64,000 bases of DNA from Planctomycetota bacterium (GTDB taxonomy: Bacteria > Planctomycetota > B15-G4). Position 1 is the first letter of the stretch, and every line of letters begins with the position of its first letter. Location of the stretch: positions 1 through 64,000 of the forward strand of contig JBBQUR010000003.1 of the NCBI GenBank assembly GCA_038212275.1, read 5' to 3'. The notes under the pieces were generated by a model. It was not told the origin of the DNA. It worked only from the letters and a program-made list of their open reading frames with translations, and ran no database searches. The position numbers were made by a program, and so were the translations under genes. Shown here piece after piece: positions 45,965 through 54,691 of this stretch.

Positions 45965-46957
45965 CTAGGGCTTGAGCGTGTCGAGGACGAGGGTCACGGC
46001 CGGGCCGTCGGCCTCGAGAATGAGCGGCGCGCTCTCGAGGTCGCCGGGACTGGCCGTCGCCAGGCCGCTCAGCGACAGGCGCGCGTAGAGCTTGACGTCG
46101 CCCTGCAGCACCTCGAGCTTGTTGTCGAGACCCTGCAGCGTGACGTGCTCGGGGCCGATGTCGAAGCCATTCGGAAAGTGCGGCGCCGTGCGACGGATCA
46201 CGGCGAGCGGCGCGCCGCCGCTCGTCGCGCTGCGCACGATGATGTAGAGCGTGCCGGTGCCGTCCCTTCCCGCGAACTGCGGCGCCAGCGCCACGCTGCC
46301 GACGAAGCGTGGTCCCGCCTCTCGCGGCGCGTCGGCGAGGCCCGCATGCGGCGAGGTGGCGCCGGCGTGCGCTGCCGTCGCACCCGCAGCGTGCGGCGCC
46401 TCTCCGCTGCCCGTGAGCACCTGATTCAGGACGATGTGCACCGGCGGTCCGCCGGGGACTGCGGGCTCCGCCGCAATCCCCTGCACGTCGCCGACCTGCG
46501 CCGCCGCGTCGCCGTCACGATCGAGGCGCGCGACGATCTGGTAGGCGCCCGACATGCCCGCGCCGCCCTGCATGCTGTGCGCCTCGGTGATGGTGAAGGC
46601 CTGCGGAAACCCGGGATCCGCGAGCTTGCGCACGTAGTCGAGCGGCCCGCCCGGCTGCTTGCGCACGAGCAGGAACACGCTGTCGAAGGCGGCGACGTCG
46701 ATGTCGAGGCCGGGCTGCAATTCGATCACGCCGCTGAGACCGTTGCCCTCCGCTTCGGCGGAGCGCGCACCCGCGGCGACCGCGGACGCCGACGCGGCGG
46801 CCGTGTCCGGCTGCTCGCTGCAGGCGGCAGGCAGCAGCGCCAGAGCCAGCGCGGCAAGGCGCCGCACGCAGAGGTCCGCACCGAGCCGCCTCCGGCTGCG
46901 CCGCCGCGCGCCGTGCAGTGTCGACAGCGGGGCGCGGGGCTTTGTCGGGCATGCCAT
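45965..46957 (-). CDS. Lipoprotein with two tandem CcmI/CycH C-terminal-like Ig domains
   Basis: Lipobox PAAC; two copies of (VFL/LYI)..R....GG.(P/L)...R....FP..F.I....(M/L).....ARL...G.A....GD. Confidence 0.65.
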   Translation of the reverse strand: MACPTKPRAPLSTLHGARRRSRRRLGADLCVRRLAALALALLPAACSEQPDTAAASASAVAAGARSAEAEGNGLSGVIELQPGLDIDVAAFDSVFLLVRKQPGGPLDYVRKLADPGFPQAFTITEAHSMQGGAGMSGAYQIVARLDRDGDAAAQVGDVQGIAAEPAVPGGPPVHIVLNQVLTGSGEAPHAAGATAAHAGATSPHAGLADAPREAGPRFVGSVALAPQFAGRDGTGTLYIIVRSATSGGAPLAVIRRTAPHFPNGFDIGPEHVTLQGLDNKLEVLQGDVKLYARLSLSGLATASPGDLESAPLILEADGPAVTLVLDTLKP

Positions 46958-47036
46958 GGGGGGCGCATGATAGCCGCCTTGCTAGGATGCGTCGCCATGC
47001 CGGCGATGGCCGACACCCGTTCCCCGAGGACAGCTC

Positions 47037-47687
47037 GTGAGCGCCCCGAAGATCTCGCTGCGCACCTTCCAATACCTCGACGTGCTGCAGCCGCAGCTCG
47101 CCAGCTTCCTGGCCACGGTGTCGCAGGGCTACCTGCCCATCGAGGAGCAGGCCTCGCTTTTCGTGGAGGTGCAGCCCGGCATCGCGATCAATCGCATCAC
47201 CGACGTGGCGCTGAAGAACGCCAGCGTCACGCCCGGCATGCAGATCGTGGAGCGCGCCTTCGGCGTGCTGGAGGTGCACTCGTGGAACCAGGCTGACGTG
47301 CGCGCGGCGGGCGAGGCCATCCTGCGGCACCTCGGGCTGCAGGAAAGCGACCGCCTGACGCCCAGGGTCGTGACCTCCGAGATCATCACGGGCACCGACG
47401 CCTACCAGACCATGCTCATCAACCGCATGCGCCACGGCAACGTGATCCTCAAGGGGCAGTCGCTTTACATCATGGAGACGCACCCGGCGGGCTACGCGCT
47501 GCTCGCCGCCAACGAGGCGGAGAAGGCAGCGCCCATCGACCTGCTCGAGGTGGTGTCCTTCGGCGCGTACGGCCGGCTGTACCTCGGCGGCGGAGATGAC
47601 GAGATCAAGGAAGCCGCGCGCGCGGCGGAGGGCTGCCTCGCGAACATCAGCGGGCGCCCCAACGACGAAGTGGTGGACGTGCGCTGA
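47037..47687 (+). CDS. Bacterial microcompartment shell protein, BMC-T dp type (CcmP/CsoS1D-like)
   Basis: LRTFQYLDVLQPQLASF, VEVQPGIAINRITDVALK, QIVERAFGVLEVH, INR.R.G..IL.GQSL...ET.PAGYALLAANEAEKAA, FGA.GRLYL.G. Confidence 0.9.
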   Translation: MSAPKISLRTFQYLDVLQPQLASFLATVSQGYLPIEEQASLFVEVQPGIAINRITDVALKNASVTPGMQIVERAFGVLEVHSWNQADVRAAGEAILRHLGLQESDRLTPRVVTSEIITGTDAYQTMLINRMRHGNVILKGQSLYIMETHPAGYALLAANEAEKAAPIDLLEVVSFGAYGRLYLGGGDDEIKEAARAAEGCLANISGRPNDEVVDVR

Positions 47688-47984
47688 GCCGGATGACGGA
47701 AGAGGTCCGCGGCTGTAACATCCTGCGCCGGTCCGCAACTGACTGCGGGCCTTCGCGTGGAGGATGTCATCGATGTCTGCCGATCGTGCGCCCATGGCCG
47801 CATCTCGCCCGGCTGGGGCGACGTGATGCTCGCGCCGCCGCAGCACGGTGCGCCGCTCAACGACTTCCTCAAGCCCTACGGCGAGCGCGAAGGCGTGCCG
47901 CTGGAGGGCCTCGTCCAGGTCGTGTCCGTCCTCGATGCCTGAGGCGCCCCGCGCCGCCCGACCATTCTGTCCCGGAGACTGCCC

Positions 47985-48581
47985 ATGCGCCCGACCGTCC
48001 TGGCCCTCGCACTCATCCCTCTGCTCGTGCTGCCCGCCTGCTTCGGGCCCAGTTACAGCCGTGGCAGCGAGGACCACGAGATCGATGAGCCGGCGCTCTC
48101 CACGCGCCTCGACCGCGTGGACCTCGAAATGGCGCTGGCCGAGTGGACCTTCGGCCTCGACGGTTCCCCGTTCGTGAAGACGCTGGGCGAGCGCAAGCCG
48201 AGCATCGCCATCCTGCACATCGCCAACGACAGCAGCGAGCACATCGGCGGCGCGCTGGACACGCTGCTGAACTCGGCCGAGACGCGCCTGGTGCAGTCCG
48301 GCCAGTGGAACGTCGTGGACAACAGCACGCTCAGCGCGGATGCGATCATCGCCGAGAGACTGCGCGACCTCGGCGACGACGTCGATGACGCGACCATCGC
48401 CGCGCTCGGCAAGGAGTTCGGCATCGAATACTTCATCAACGGCCGCATCGGCGACACGGCCGAAAAGTCCGGCGACCTGCGCCGGGTGCAGTACTACCTC
48501 TTCCTGCGCGTGACCGAGGTCGCCACCAAGCTCATCCGCTACCAGGCCTCGATCGACATCACCAAGCAGGTCGAGGACTGA
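47985..48581 (+). CDS. LpoB-family lipoprotein (penicillin-binding protein activator-like)
   Basis: Lipobox LPAC; LSTRLDRVDL, IANDSSEHI, LGKEFGIEYFINGRI, YYLFLR. Confidence 0.7.
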   Translation: MRPTVLALALIPLLVLPACFGPSYSRGSEDHEIDEPALSTRLDRVDLEMALAEWTFGLDGSPFVKTLGERKPSIAILHIANDSSEHIGGALDTLLNSAETRLVQSGQWNVVDNSTLSADAIIAERLRDLGDDVDDATIAALGKEFGIEYFINGRIGDTAEKSGDLRRVQYYLFLRVTEVATKLIRYQASIDITKQVED

Positions 48582-48595
48582 CGGCGGCCCCGGGC

Positions 48596-50017
48596 ATGCC
48601 CGCAGCGTGGGCCGCGTCCCGGGTCGAGCGCCACCGGGCCGCCGGGTCGTGGCCGCGCGCCGCCCGCCGGAGCTGCGCGCGCGGCGTGACGGCGATCGTG
48701 CTGCTGCTGGCGTGTGCGGCCGGCTGTGCGACGCCGACCTGGGAGCAGCGCATCGCGCCGGCGCAGCGGGCCTACTACGGCGGCGATCCGCAGCATGCCG
48801 CGGAGATCATCGCCGCGCGCCTGGAGGACGAAGCCGGCGGCCCCGATGCCCACGTGCTGCGTCTCGAACTCGCCAGCGCGCTGGCCGCGGCCGACGACTT
48901 TGCCGGCTCGGCGCGCGAGTACGTCGCGCTGGACGACCAGCTCGAGGTGCTCGACTACAGCGACATGCCCGTGTTCGAGCTGGCCGCCTTCCTGTTTTCC
49001 GTGAACCGCACCGAGTACGGCGCCTCACGCCCGGAGCGCCTCGCGCTCAACACGTTGAATCTGCTGAACTTTCTCGCGCTGGGCGACTGGGAGGGCGCTG
49101 CGGTGGAGGCGCGCCGCCTCCGCGTCCTGATGCTGCAGGGCGACCTGCCCGAGGACCGCCGCTACGCCAGCGCCCTCGCGTGGCAACTCGCCGGCGTCGC
49201 GCTTCAGCTTGCGGGCAGGAGCGGCGAGGCCGAGGACTGCTTCCGCGCGGCGGGCAGCTCCGACCTCGCGGTGGATCCTCCGCCGGACGAAGGCACGGTG
49301 CTCGTCGTCGTGCAGAACGGCAAGGCTCCCATGCGCGTGGAGGCGATCTACCGGCTGCTCTTCGACAACGGCCTGCACCGCCTGCAAGTGCCTGCCCTCG
49401 TGTGGCGGCCGTCGCCCTGGCAGCGTGCTGTCGTGCTGCTGGACGGCCAGCCCGTGGCGGAGGCCCCCGTGCTGCTCGACCTCGGCGCGCAATTGCGCGC
49501 CCAGTACGATCGGGACTTCCCGCGGATGCTGGCGGCTGCGGCCTTCGCGGCGGCGCCGCGCGTGGTGGCCGGCCAGGCCGTCGAGCGCGAGGTGTCCGAG
49601 CGCAAGAGCAAGCACATCGACGACGATCTGCAGCAGGTCCTCGCGCAGTTCTCGGGCTTCTTCACCGAGGAGCTGCTGGCCGACGCGCTGCCTGCCGACA
49701 CGCGCTGCTGGTCGCTGCTGCCCGCGGACGTGCGTGCGCTCCGCCTGCACGTGCCGGCCGGAACCCACGACATCGCGGTGGACCTCATCGGGCCCGAGCG
49801 CAAGCGCCTGCACTGGTCGGTCAGCGTGCAGCCGCGAGGCTTCGCGCTCGTGAACGCGATCACCGCGCTGGACGAGGGCTGGCAGCCGTCGCAGGAGCCG
49901 CGCACGCAGGACCTCACGCACCAGCCCGCAGGCCTCGCCGCGCTGAACATGCTGCAGGCGGCGCTGGCCGTGCGCGCCGCGATCCTGCACGACGATCACG
50001 ATCACGACGACCACTGA
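48596..50017 (+). CDS. COG3014-like lipoprotein
   Basis: Lipobox AAGC; Y....PER..LN..N.LNFLALGD...A.VEARR, VVVQNGKAP, ADTRCWSLLP; true start probably GTG 48686; follows the LpoB-like gene, a known pairing. Confidence 0.7.
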   Translation: MPAAWAASRVERHRAAGSWPRAARRSCARGVTAIVLLLACAAGCATPTWEQRIAPAQRAYYGGDPQHAAEIIAARLEDEAGGPDAHVLRLELASALAAADDFAGSAREYVALDDQLEVLDYSDMPVFELAAFLFSVNRTEYGASRPERLALNTLNLLNFLALGDWEGAAVEARRLRVLMLQGDLPEDRRYASALAWQLAGVALQLAGRSGEAEDCFRAAGSSDLAVDPPPDEGTVLVVVQNGKAPMRVEAIYRLLFDNGLHRLQVPALVWRPSPWQRAVVLLDGQPVAEAPVLLDLGAQLRAQYDRDFPRMLAAAAFAAAPRVVAGQAVEREVSERKSKHIDDDLQQVLAQFSGFFTEELLADALPADTRCWSLLPADVRALRLHVPAGTHDIAVDLIGPERKRLHWSVSVQPRGFALVNAITALDEGWQPSQEPRTQDLTHQPAGLAALNMLQAALAVRAAILHDDHDHDDH

Positions 50018-50084
50018 GCTCGCGCGGGCCGACGCGCCGGCGCCGGACGTGCAAGCTGTCTGCGGCGCGCGCGTCACGCCGCGC

Positions 50085-51260
50085 TCAGTGCCGCGCCATC
50101 TCCCATCGGTCCGTGAGCGCTGACTGCTGCTGCAGGCGCTTGGCGGCGGCGATCACCTGGAGCAGATGCACGACCTGTCGCCCGCGCCGCGTGGCGAGCG
50201 CGAGCACCGGCAGCGACAGCAGCAGCGCCAGGCCTGCCAGCGCGACCGACAGCAGGACGGGGCCCTTTGAGCGATCGGCCGCAAGCAGCAGCAGCGCCGC
50301 GAGCGCCGCGATGATCGGCACCGCCCAGCCGGACACGAGCACCGGCGCCGCAAGCGGCGCGCGCCGGTAGAAGAGCAGTTGCACGCGGTCCGCGAGCGAT
50401 GCGCCCTTGCGGCTGCGACGCCCCTGCATGACCTGCACGTAGGCGCGTGCGCGGCGCAGCTCCTGGCTGGCCTTCGCCTGCGGGGCGTGCGTCTTCACCT
50501 CCAGGAAGGCCGCGTCGCGCAGCAGCTCGACGTGTGCGCCGCGCTGACGCACCTGGAACATCAGGTCGAGGTCATCGGCGGCGATGCCGGGCGTGGGCAG
50601 CAGCTCGAACTCCGCGCGCCACGCCAGGAGCTGCCCGTGCACGGAGAAAAGCCTGCCGCCGCGCGACTCGATGCGACGCACGCGCGCCGTGGCGCGGTCG
50701 AAGACATCCGCGGCGGGCACGGGCGCGCCGCCGTCGGCGCCGCGGCACGTGCCGTCGGCGTGCAGGTCACGCACGAATTCCTGCGCACCGCAGGCCATGC
50801 CCAGCGCCGCGCGCGCCTCGAAGGCGGCGGCCAGCGCGCCGAGCGATGCGGGCCTGACGATCACGTCCGCATCCGTGAGCACGACGAGGTCCGTCGTCGG
50901 GCGCAACGCCCGGAGCGCGGTCTCGATCGCGCCGGACTTGCCGGGGCGCACGGCGTTGGGCAGCAGCTGCGCACGCACCGGACCGCTCGCGGAGAAGTGC
51001 GCCGCGAGGAAGTCCCGCGCGAGGCTCGCGGTGTCGTCGTCCGAGCCGTCGTCCACGACGAGGAGCATGTGCTGGCGGCCGTCGGGCAGTGCGGGCCACG
51101 CGCAGCGCGCCAGGTTGCGCAGCTTGCGTTCGATGACGGCCGCCTCGTTGTGGCACGGCACGACGACGCCGAGCGCGAGGCCGGTCGCCCGCGCCGGCGC
51201 GGAGCCCGGTGGCTGTCGGGGCGCGCTGTCGGGCGCGGCCAGCGGCTGGGTCGCCGTCAT
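50085..51260 (-). CDS. Glycosyltransferase family 2 with C-terminal TM helices
   Basis: VVVPCHNE, VVDDGSDD, GK, TDAD, DDL; start overlaps the radical SAM stop. Confidence 0.85.
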   Translation of the reverse strand: MTATQPLAAPDSAPRQPPGSAPARATGLALGVVVPCHNEAAVIERKLRNLARCAWPALPDGRQHMLLVVDDGSDDDTASLARDFLAAHFSASGPVRAQLLPNAVRPGKSGAIETALRALRPTTDLVVLTDADVIVRPASLGALAAAFEARAALGMACGAQEFVRDLHADGTCRGADGGAPVPAADVFDRATARVRRIESRGGRLFSVHGQLLAWRAEFELLPTPGIAADDLDLMFQVRQRGAHVELLRDAAFLEVKTHAPQAKASQELRRARAYVQVMQGRRSRKGASLADRVQLLFYRRAPLAAPVLVSGWAVPIIAALAALLLLAADRSKGPVLLSVALAGLALLLSLPVLALATRRGRQVVHLLQVIAAAKRLQQQSALTDRWEMARH

Positions 51261-52354
51261 CCGCGTGGAGAGAGCATCGCGCGCGCGAGCGCCGGCCACT
51301 GTCGCGGCTGGAAGAGCACGTTGTCGGCCTGCGCGCACTCCCAGGTGCAGGCGCAGCGCGTGTCGCGGATGGTGGTGCGCAGCGCGCGGGCCTCCGCGCC
51401 GTCCCAGAGCGCGGCGAGATCCCAGTCCGTGTCGGCCAGGCTGCCGAGGCTCTTGCCGAGGATCTCGCACGGGTGCACCGCGCCGTCCTCGAAAATCACC
51501 GCGGACAGCGTGCCGGCCGTGCAGGGCAGGTGGCTGCTCGTGTCGCCGGTGCGCACGCGGGCGACGTGCTCGTACATGAGCTTGTCGCGCGCGACGGCGA
51601 GCTTCGCCATCGGGAAGTCGAAGTAGGGCAGCGCACCCGATCCCACGAGCGACGCCTTGCGCGCGACCACCTCGCGATAGCGCATGACGTCGACATCGAG
51701 GAGCTGGCGCTCCATCGCCGTGCCGCGGGCGAGGTTGATGGTCACGTTGTCGGGCTGCAGCTCGCGCACCAGCTCCTCGAGATGATCGGCCAGGACGTGC
51801 TGGTTCTCGCTGGTCACCGTGACGATGACTCCGACGCCGAGGTGCCCGGCGTGTTCGCGCTGCTGCTCCTTGTAGCGGCGCACCGAGGCCATCGAGCGCG
51901 CGTGGCCGCCCGGCACCTGGCGGATCGAGTCATGGATCCCGGGCGGGCCGTCGAAGGACACCGACACCGAGAGAAATGTGTCCGGGTTGCGCGCGAGGAT
52001 CTCGTCGACGAGCTTGTGCTGCGTCGGCTCGACGAGGCCGTTGGTCGGGATGGCGAGGTGGCGCAGGCCGTGGCGCCCGAAGGCCTCCGCGAGATCGGCG
52101 AGATCTGGCCGCAGGAAGGGCTCGCCGCCGCCGAAACTCACCCAGAGCAGCGGCCCCATGCGCGCCGCGGAGTCCGCAAGTTTCCGCACGTTGTCCACAG
52201 AGGGCCCGCGGACGCCGGCCGCCACTTCCTTCCAGTGGAAACAGTGACGGCAGCGCGCGTTGCAGACGCCGGTGACGAAGAGCGTGAGGTGCAGCGGCGG
52301 CCCTCGGCGCACCAGGCCGCGACGCATGAACGGCAGGTAGCGCAGGGCGTTCAC
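51257..52354 (-). CDS. Radical SAM protein with SPASM/twitch domain
   Basis: CNARCRHC, GGGEPFLR, TNG, SFDG; C-terminal CTAG..I..DG.V.PCE..CACTWEC. Confidence 0.9.
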   Translation of the reverse strand: MNALRYLPFMRRGLVRRGPPLHLTLFVTGVCNARCRHCFHWKEVAAGVRGPSVDNVRKLADSAARMGPLLWVSFGGGEPFLRPDLADLAEAFGRHGLRHLAIPTNGLVEPTQHKLVDEILARNPDTFLSVSVSFDGPPGIHDSIRQVPGGHARSMASVRRYKEQQREHAGHLGVGVIVTVTSENQHVLADHLEELVRELQPDNVTINLARGTAMERQLLDVDVMRYREVVARKASLVGSGALPYFDFPMAKLAVARDKLMYEHVARVRTGDTSSHLPCTAGTLSAVIFEDGAVHPCEILGKSLGSLADTDWDLAALWDGAEARALRTTIRDTRCACTWECAQADNVLFQPRQWPALARAMLSPRG

Positions 52355-52418
52355 GAGGGGCCGCGATGATAGCACTGCCGATGTGATCTGCGGCGCGCGG
52401 TGGCGTCATGCGGTCCTG

Positions 52419-52883
52419 ATGACCACACCTCACTGCTGTGCCGATGTTCCGGTGGACCGAGCGCCTGATCCCCGTGGCGCCGATGCCTGGATCTCCACGG
52501 CCGTGGAGCATTGCCTGCAGGTGTGCCGGCGCTCGGCTCCGCGATATGCGTGGCATCTGCGGCGCACGCAGCATTGCCGCGATCCAGTCGATGACCTGCT
52601 CGTGCTTGCGGCGCGGCGGCAGGTGGCCCTGTCCCAGCGCGTGGTGCGGCCCTTGCCCGGCGCGACGCTGCCGGCCACTGCCCGGGCCTTCAACGCGCTG
52701 GATCGTGCGGATCGTCGTGCGCTGCTGGCCCTGATGGCGCCGCTTTCGCCTCCCGGAGATCGCGTCGAGTCACCGGCTGCAGCGCGTGGGGAGCACCTGG
52801 CCTCGGCGCTCGCGCGTCTCGTCGACGGAACTCGAGCGCGCGAGCGGCCGGGGCGCCACAAAAAGCCCCGCCCGCCGCCGTGA
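52419..52883 (+). CDS. Hypothetical protein
   Basis: Only ORF filling the gap between the radical SAM start and the PDZ terminator; weak codon bias. Confidence 0.35.
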   Translation: MTTPHCCADVPVDRAPDPRGADAWISTAVEHCLQVCRRSAPRYAWHLRRTQHCRDPVDDLLVLAARRQVALSQRVVRPLPGATLPATARAFNALDRADRRALLALMAPLSPPGDRVESPAAARGEHLASALARLVDGTRARERPGRHKKPRPPP

Positions 52884-52901
52884 GTCGGCGACGGGCGGGG
52901 C
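52860..52901 (-). terminator. Intrinsic terminator of the PDZ gene
   Basis: 16-bp stem with one U-G pair on the minus strand, 5-nt loop, followed by UUUUU (AAAAA on +). Confidence 0.8.
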
Positions 52902-52936
52902 GGGACAGGTCCGTCCGCAGCGGGCGCGTTCGCGCC

Positions 52937-54583
52937 TCAACCGCGCTGCGGAACGGACAGGCTCCCCACGCCTGGAAGGCCGGGCGTGGTGCCGAGGTTT
53001 GTCGTGCCGGAGTTCATCGCGCCGGAATTCAGTGCACCGGAATTCATCGCACCGGTATCGGGGGCGCTCGCGTCGGGCGCGCTGTCCTGCATCCAGTGGC
53101 CGTCGGCGTCGAGGGTGTAGGTCTCGGTCTTGCCGTCGCGCGTCACGGTCACGGTGCCCTGGCCGTTGCGGATGTCCACGCGCATCGACTGCTTCTGTGT
53201 GCCCGTGCCGTCGAGGTCCATCGCCTGCAGGAATTGCTCGAGCTCCTGATGCCACTCGCCGAGCGACGGCATCATGTCGTCGTCGAACGAGAAGCCCGGC
53301 ATCGCGCCGAACGGACCGCCGGGCAAACCGGGCATACCGGGTTGGCCGGGCTGGCCGGGCTGGCCGGGCATACCGGGCTGGCCGGGCATGACGGGTTGGC
53401 CGGCGCGCAGGCGCGGCAGGTTCGGCCCCGCGCTGACGCCGCCGCCGCTCTGTCCACCGAATGGCAGCATGCGCAGGCCCGGGAGAGCCTCCGCGAGAGC
53501 GCCTCCGGCCCGGCGCTCGCCGAGGCGGACGCGGGCGTCGTGCTGCTCGCCGTCGCGCAGCCAGGTGAGCGCCACGACTGTGCCGGGTTCCTTGCCGGAC
53601 ACCGCGCCGATGAGGTCCGCGGCGGCGGCCAGCGTCTCGCCGTCGATGCTCAGGAGCCGGTCGCCCGGCTGCAGGTCGGCAAACCAGGCCGCGCTTTCGG
53701 GGATGACGGCCACGACGCCCACGCCGGGTCGAGGCGCGGCTCCGTCGTGAGGCGCGGCGGCGGCGGCATCAGGGTCTGCGCCGGAGTCCTGCTGCGCCGC
53801 GTCATCGTCGCGTGATGCAGCGTCGATCGTTTCGCCGAGCTGGACGCCGAGGAAGCCGCCGCGGAAAGAGTCGGCGACGTCCGGCGAGCGCGTCCACGGC
53901 AGCATCCCCGCATCCGGGTCGAAAGGCGCCTGGCGCGGCCGCAGTTCCTGTGTTCCGTTCGGCGCGGCCGGTGCAGGTGCGGCCGGTGCAGGTGCGGCCG
54001 GTGCAGGTGCGGGAGCCGCAGGTTCCGGCATGACGCCGGACAACTGCACGATGCCCTCGCCCTCGCGGATCACGGCCGCACTCACCGCCGCGCCGGGCGC
54101 CCGTCCGGACAGCGCGCGCTTCACATCGACGATGGACTCGATGCGCTCGTCGTCGATGCGCAGCAGAATGTCTTTGGCCGCGATGCCCATCGTCTCCGCC
54201 AGGGAGCCACCGAGGACCTCGGTGATCTGCAGGCCGTCGGCGGTCTGCTGCACCATGACGCCGAGGCGCGGGCCATCGTCGCGTCCGGCAGCACCGGAGC
54301 GGAGTCGCAAGGCCCGCGGCGCGGCCTGCGGTGCGAGCGGGTCGCCGGAGACCTGAGCAGCCGGAACGATCGGCACCTTCATCTGCACTGGCACCTGCAC
54401 AGGCACCGGCACCAGCAGGTTCACCTGCAGTGGGCGAACGGCCATCGAGGCCTGCGCCGACGGCAGCGCGCAGAACGTGCCGTGCCCGCAGGCACCACTG
54501 CTATCCTGCTGCGCCGTCGCGTCGGCGGAGACGGTTCCGAGGACAGCGATCAGGGCCACTCCGGTCATGCGCAGGTGATTCAT
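52937..54583 (-). CDS. Secreted protein with two PDZ domains
   Basis: AGGAG RBS, signal peptide; RLGV..GLQITEV..GSLA..GI...DILLRID and GFLGV..V..V.P.SAA..ADLQPGDRLLSIDG. Confidence 0.85.
   Translation of the reverse strand: MNHLRMTGVALIAVLGTVSADATAQQDSSGACGHGTFCALPSAQASMAVRPLQVNLLVPVPVQVPVQMKVPIVPAAQVSGDPLAPQAAPRALRLRSGAAGRDDGPRLGVMVQQTADGLQITEVLGGSLAETMGIAAKDILLRIDDERIESIVDVKRALSGRAPGAAVSAAVIREGEGIVQLSGVMPEPAAPAPAPAAPAPAAPAPAAPNGTQELRPRQAPFDPDAGMLPWTRSPDVADSFRGGFLGVQLGETIDAASRDDDAAQQDSGADPDAAAAAPHDGAAPRPGVGVVAVIPESAAWFADLQPGDRLLSIDGETLAAAADLIGAVSGKEPGTVVALTWLRDGEQHDARVRLGERRAGGALAEALPGLRMLPFGGQSGGGVSAGPNLPRLRAGQPVMPGQPGMPGQPGQPGQPGMPGLPGGPFGAMPGFSFDDDMMPSLGEWHQELEQFLQAMDLDGTGTQKQSMRVDIRNGQGTVTVTRDGKTETYTLDADGHWMQDSAPDASAPDTGAMNSGALNSGAMNSGTTNLGTTPGLPGVGSLSVPQRG
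53964..54012 (-). repeat. In-frame 15-bp tandem repeat x3 (PAAPA linker)
   Basis: GCGGCCGGTGCAGGT x3. Confidence 0.85.
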
Positions 54584-54691
54584 CGTGACAACTCCTGAAA
54601 CGTCGGGCGTCTGGCTTGTGTCTCGGGGGCTTCTACCGGTGCGTGCTCCGACGTGTTGGGGGGCGGGCACGGCTCTCGCGCGGGGGGCCGC

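Noticed and set aside
52419..52883. Degenerate sigma-70 region-4 protein (AFNALDRADRRALL)
   Set aside because: Resemblance is limited to one short helix; no region 2 or HTH motif.
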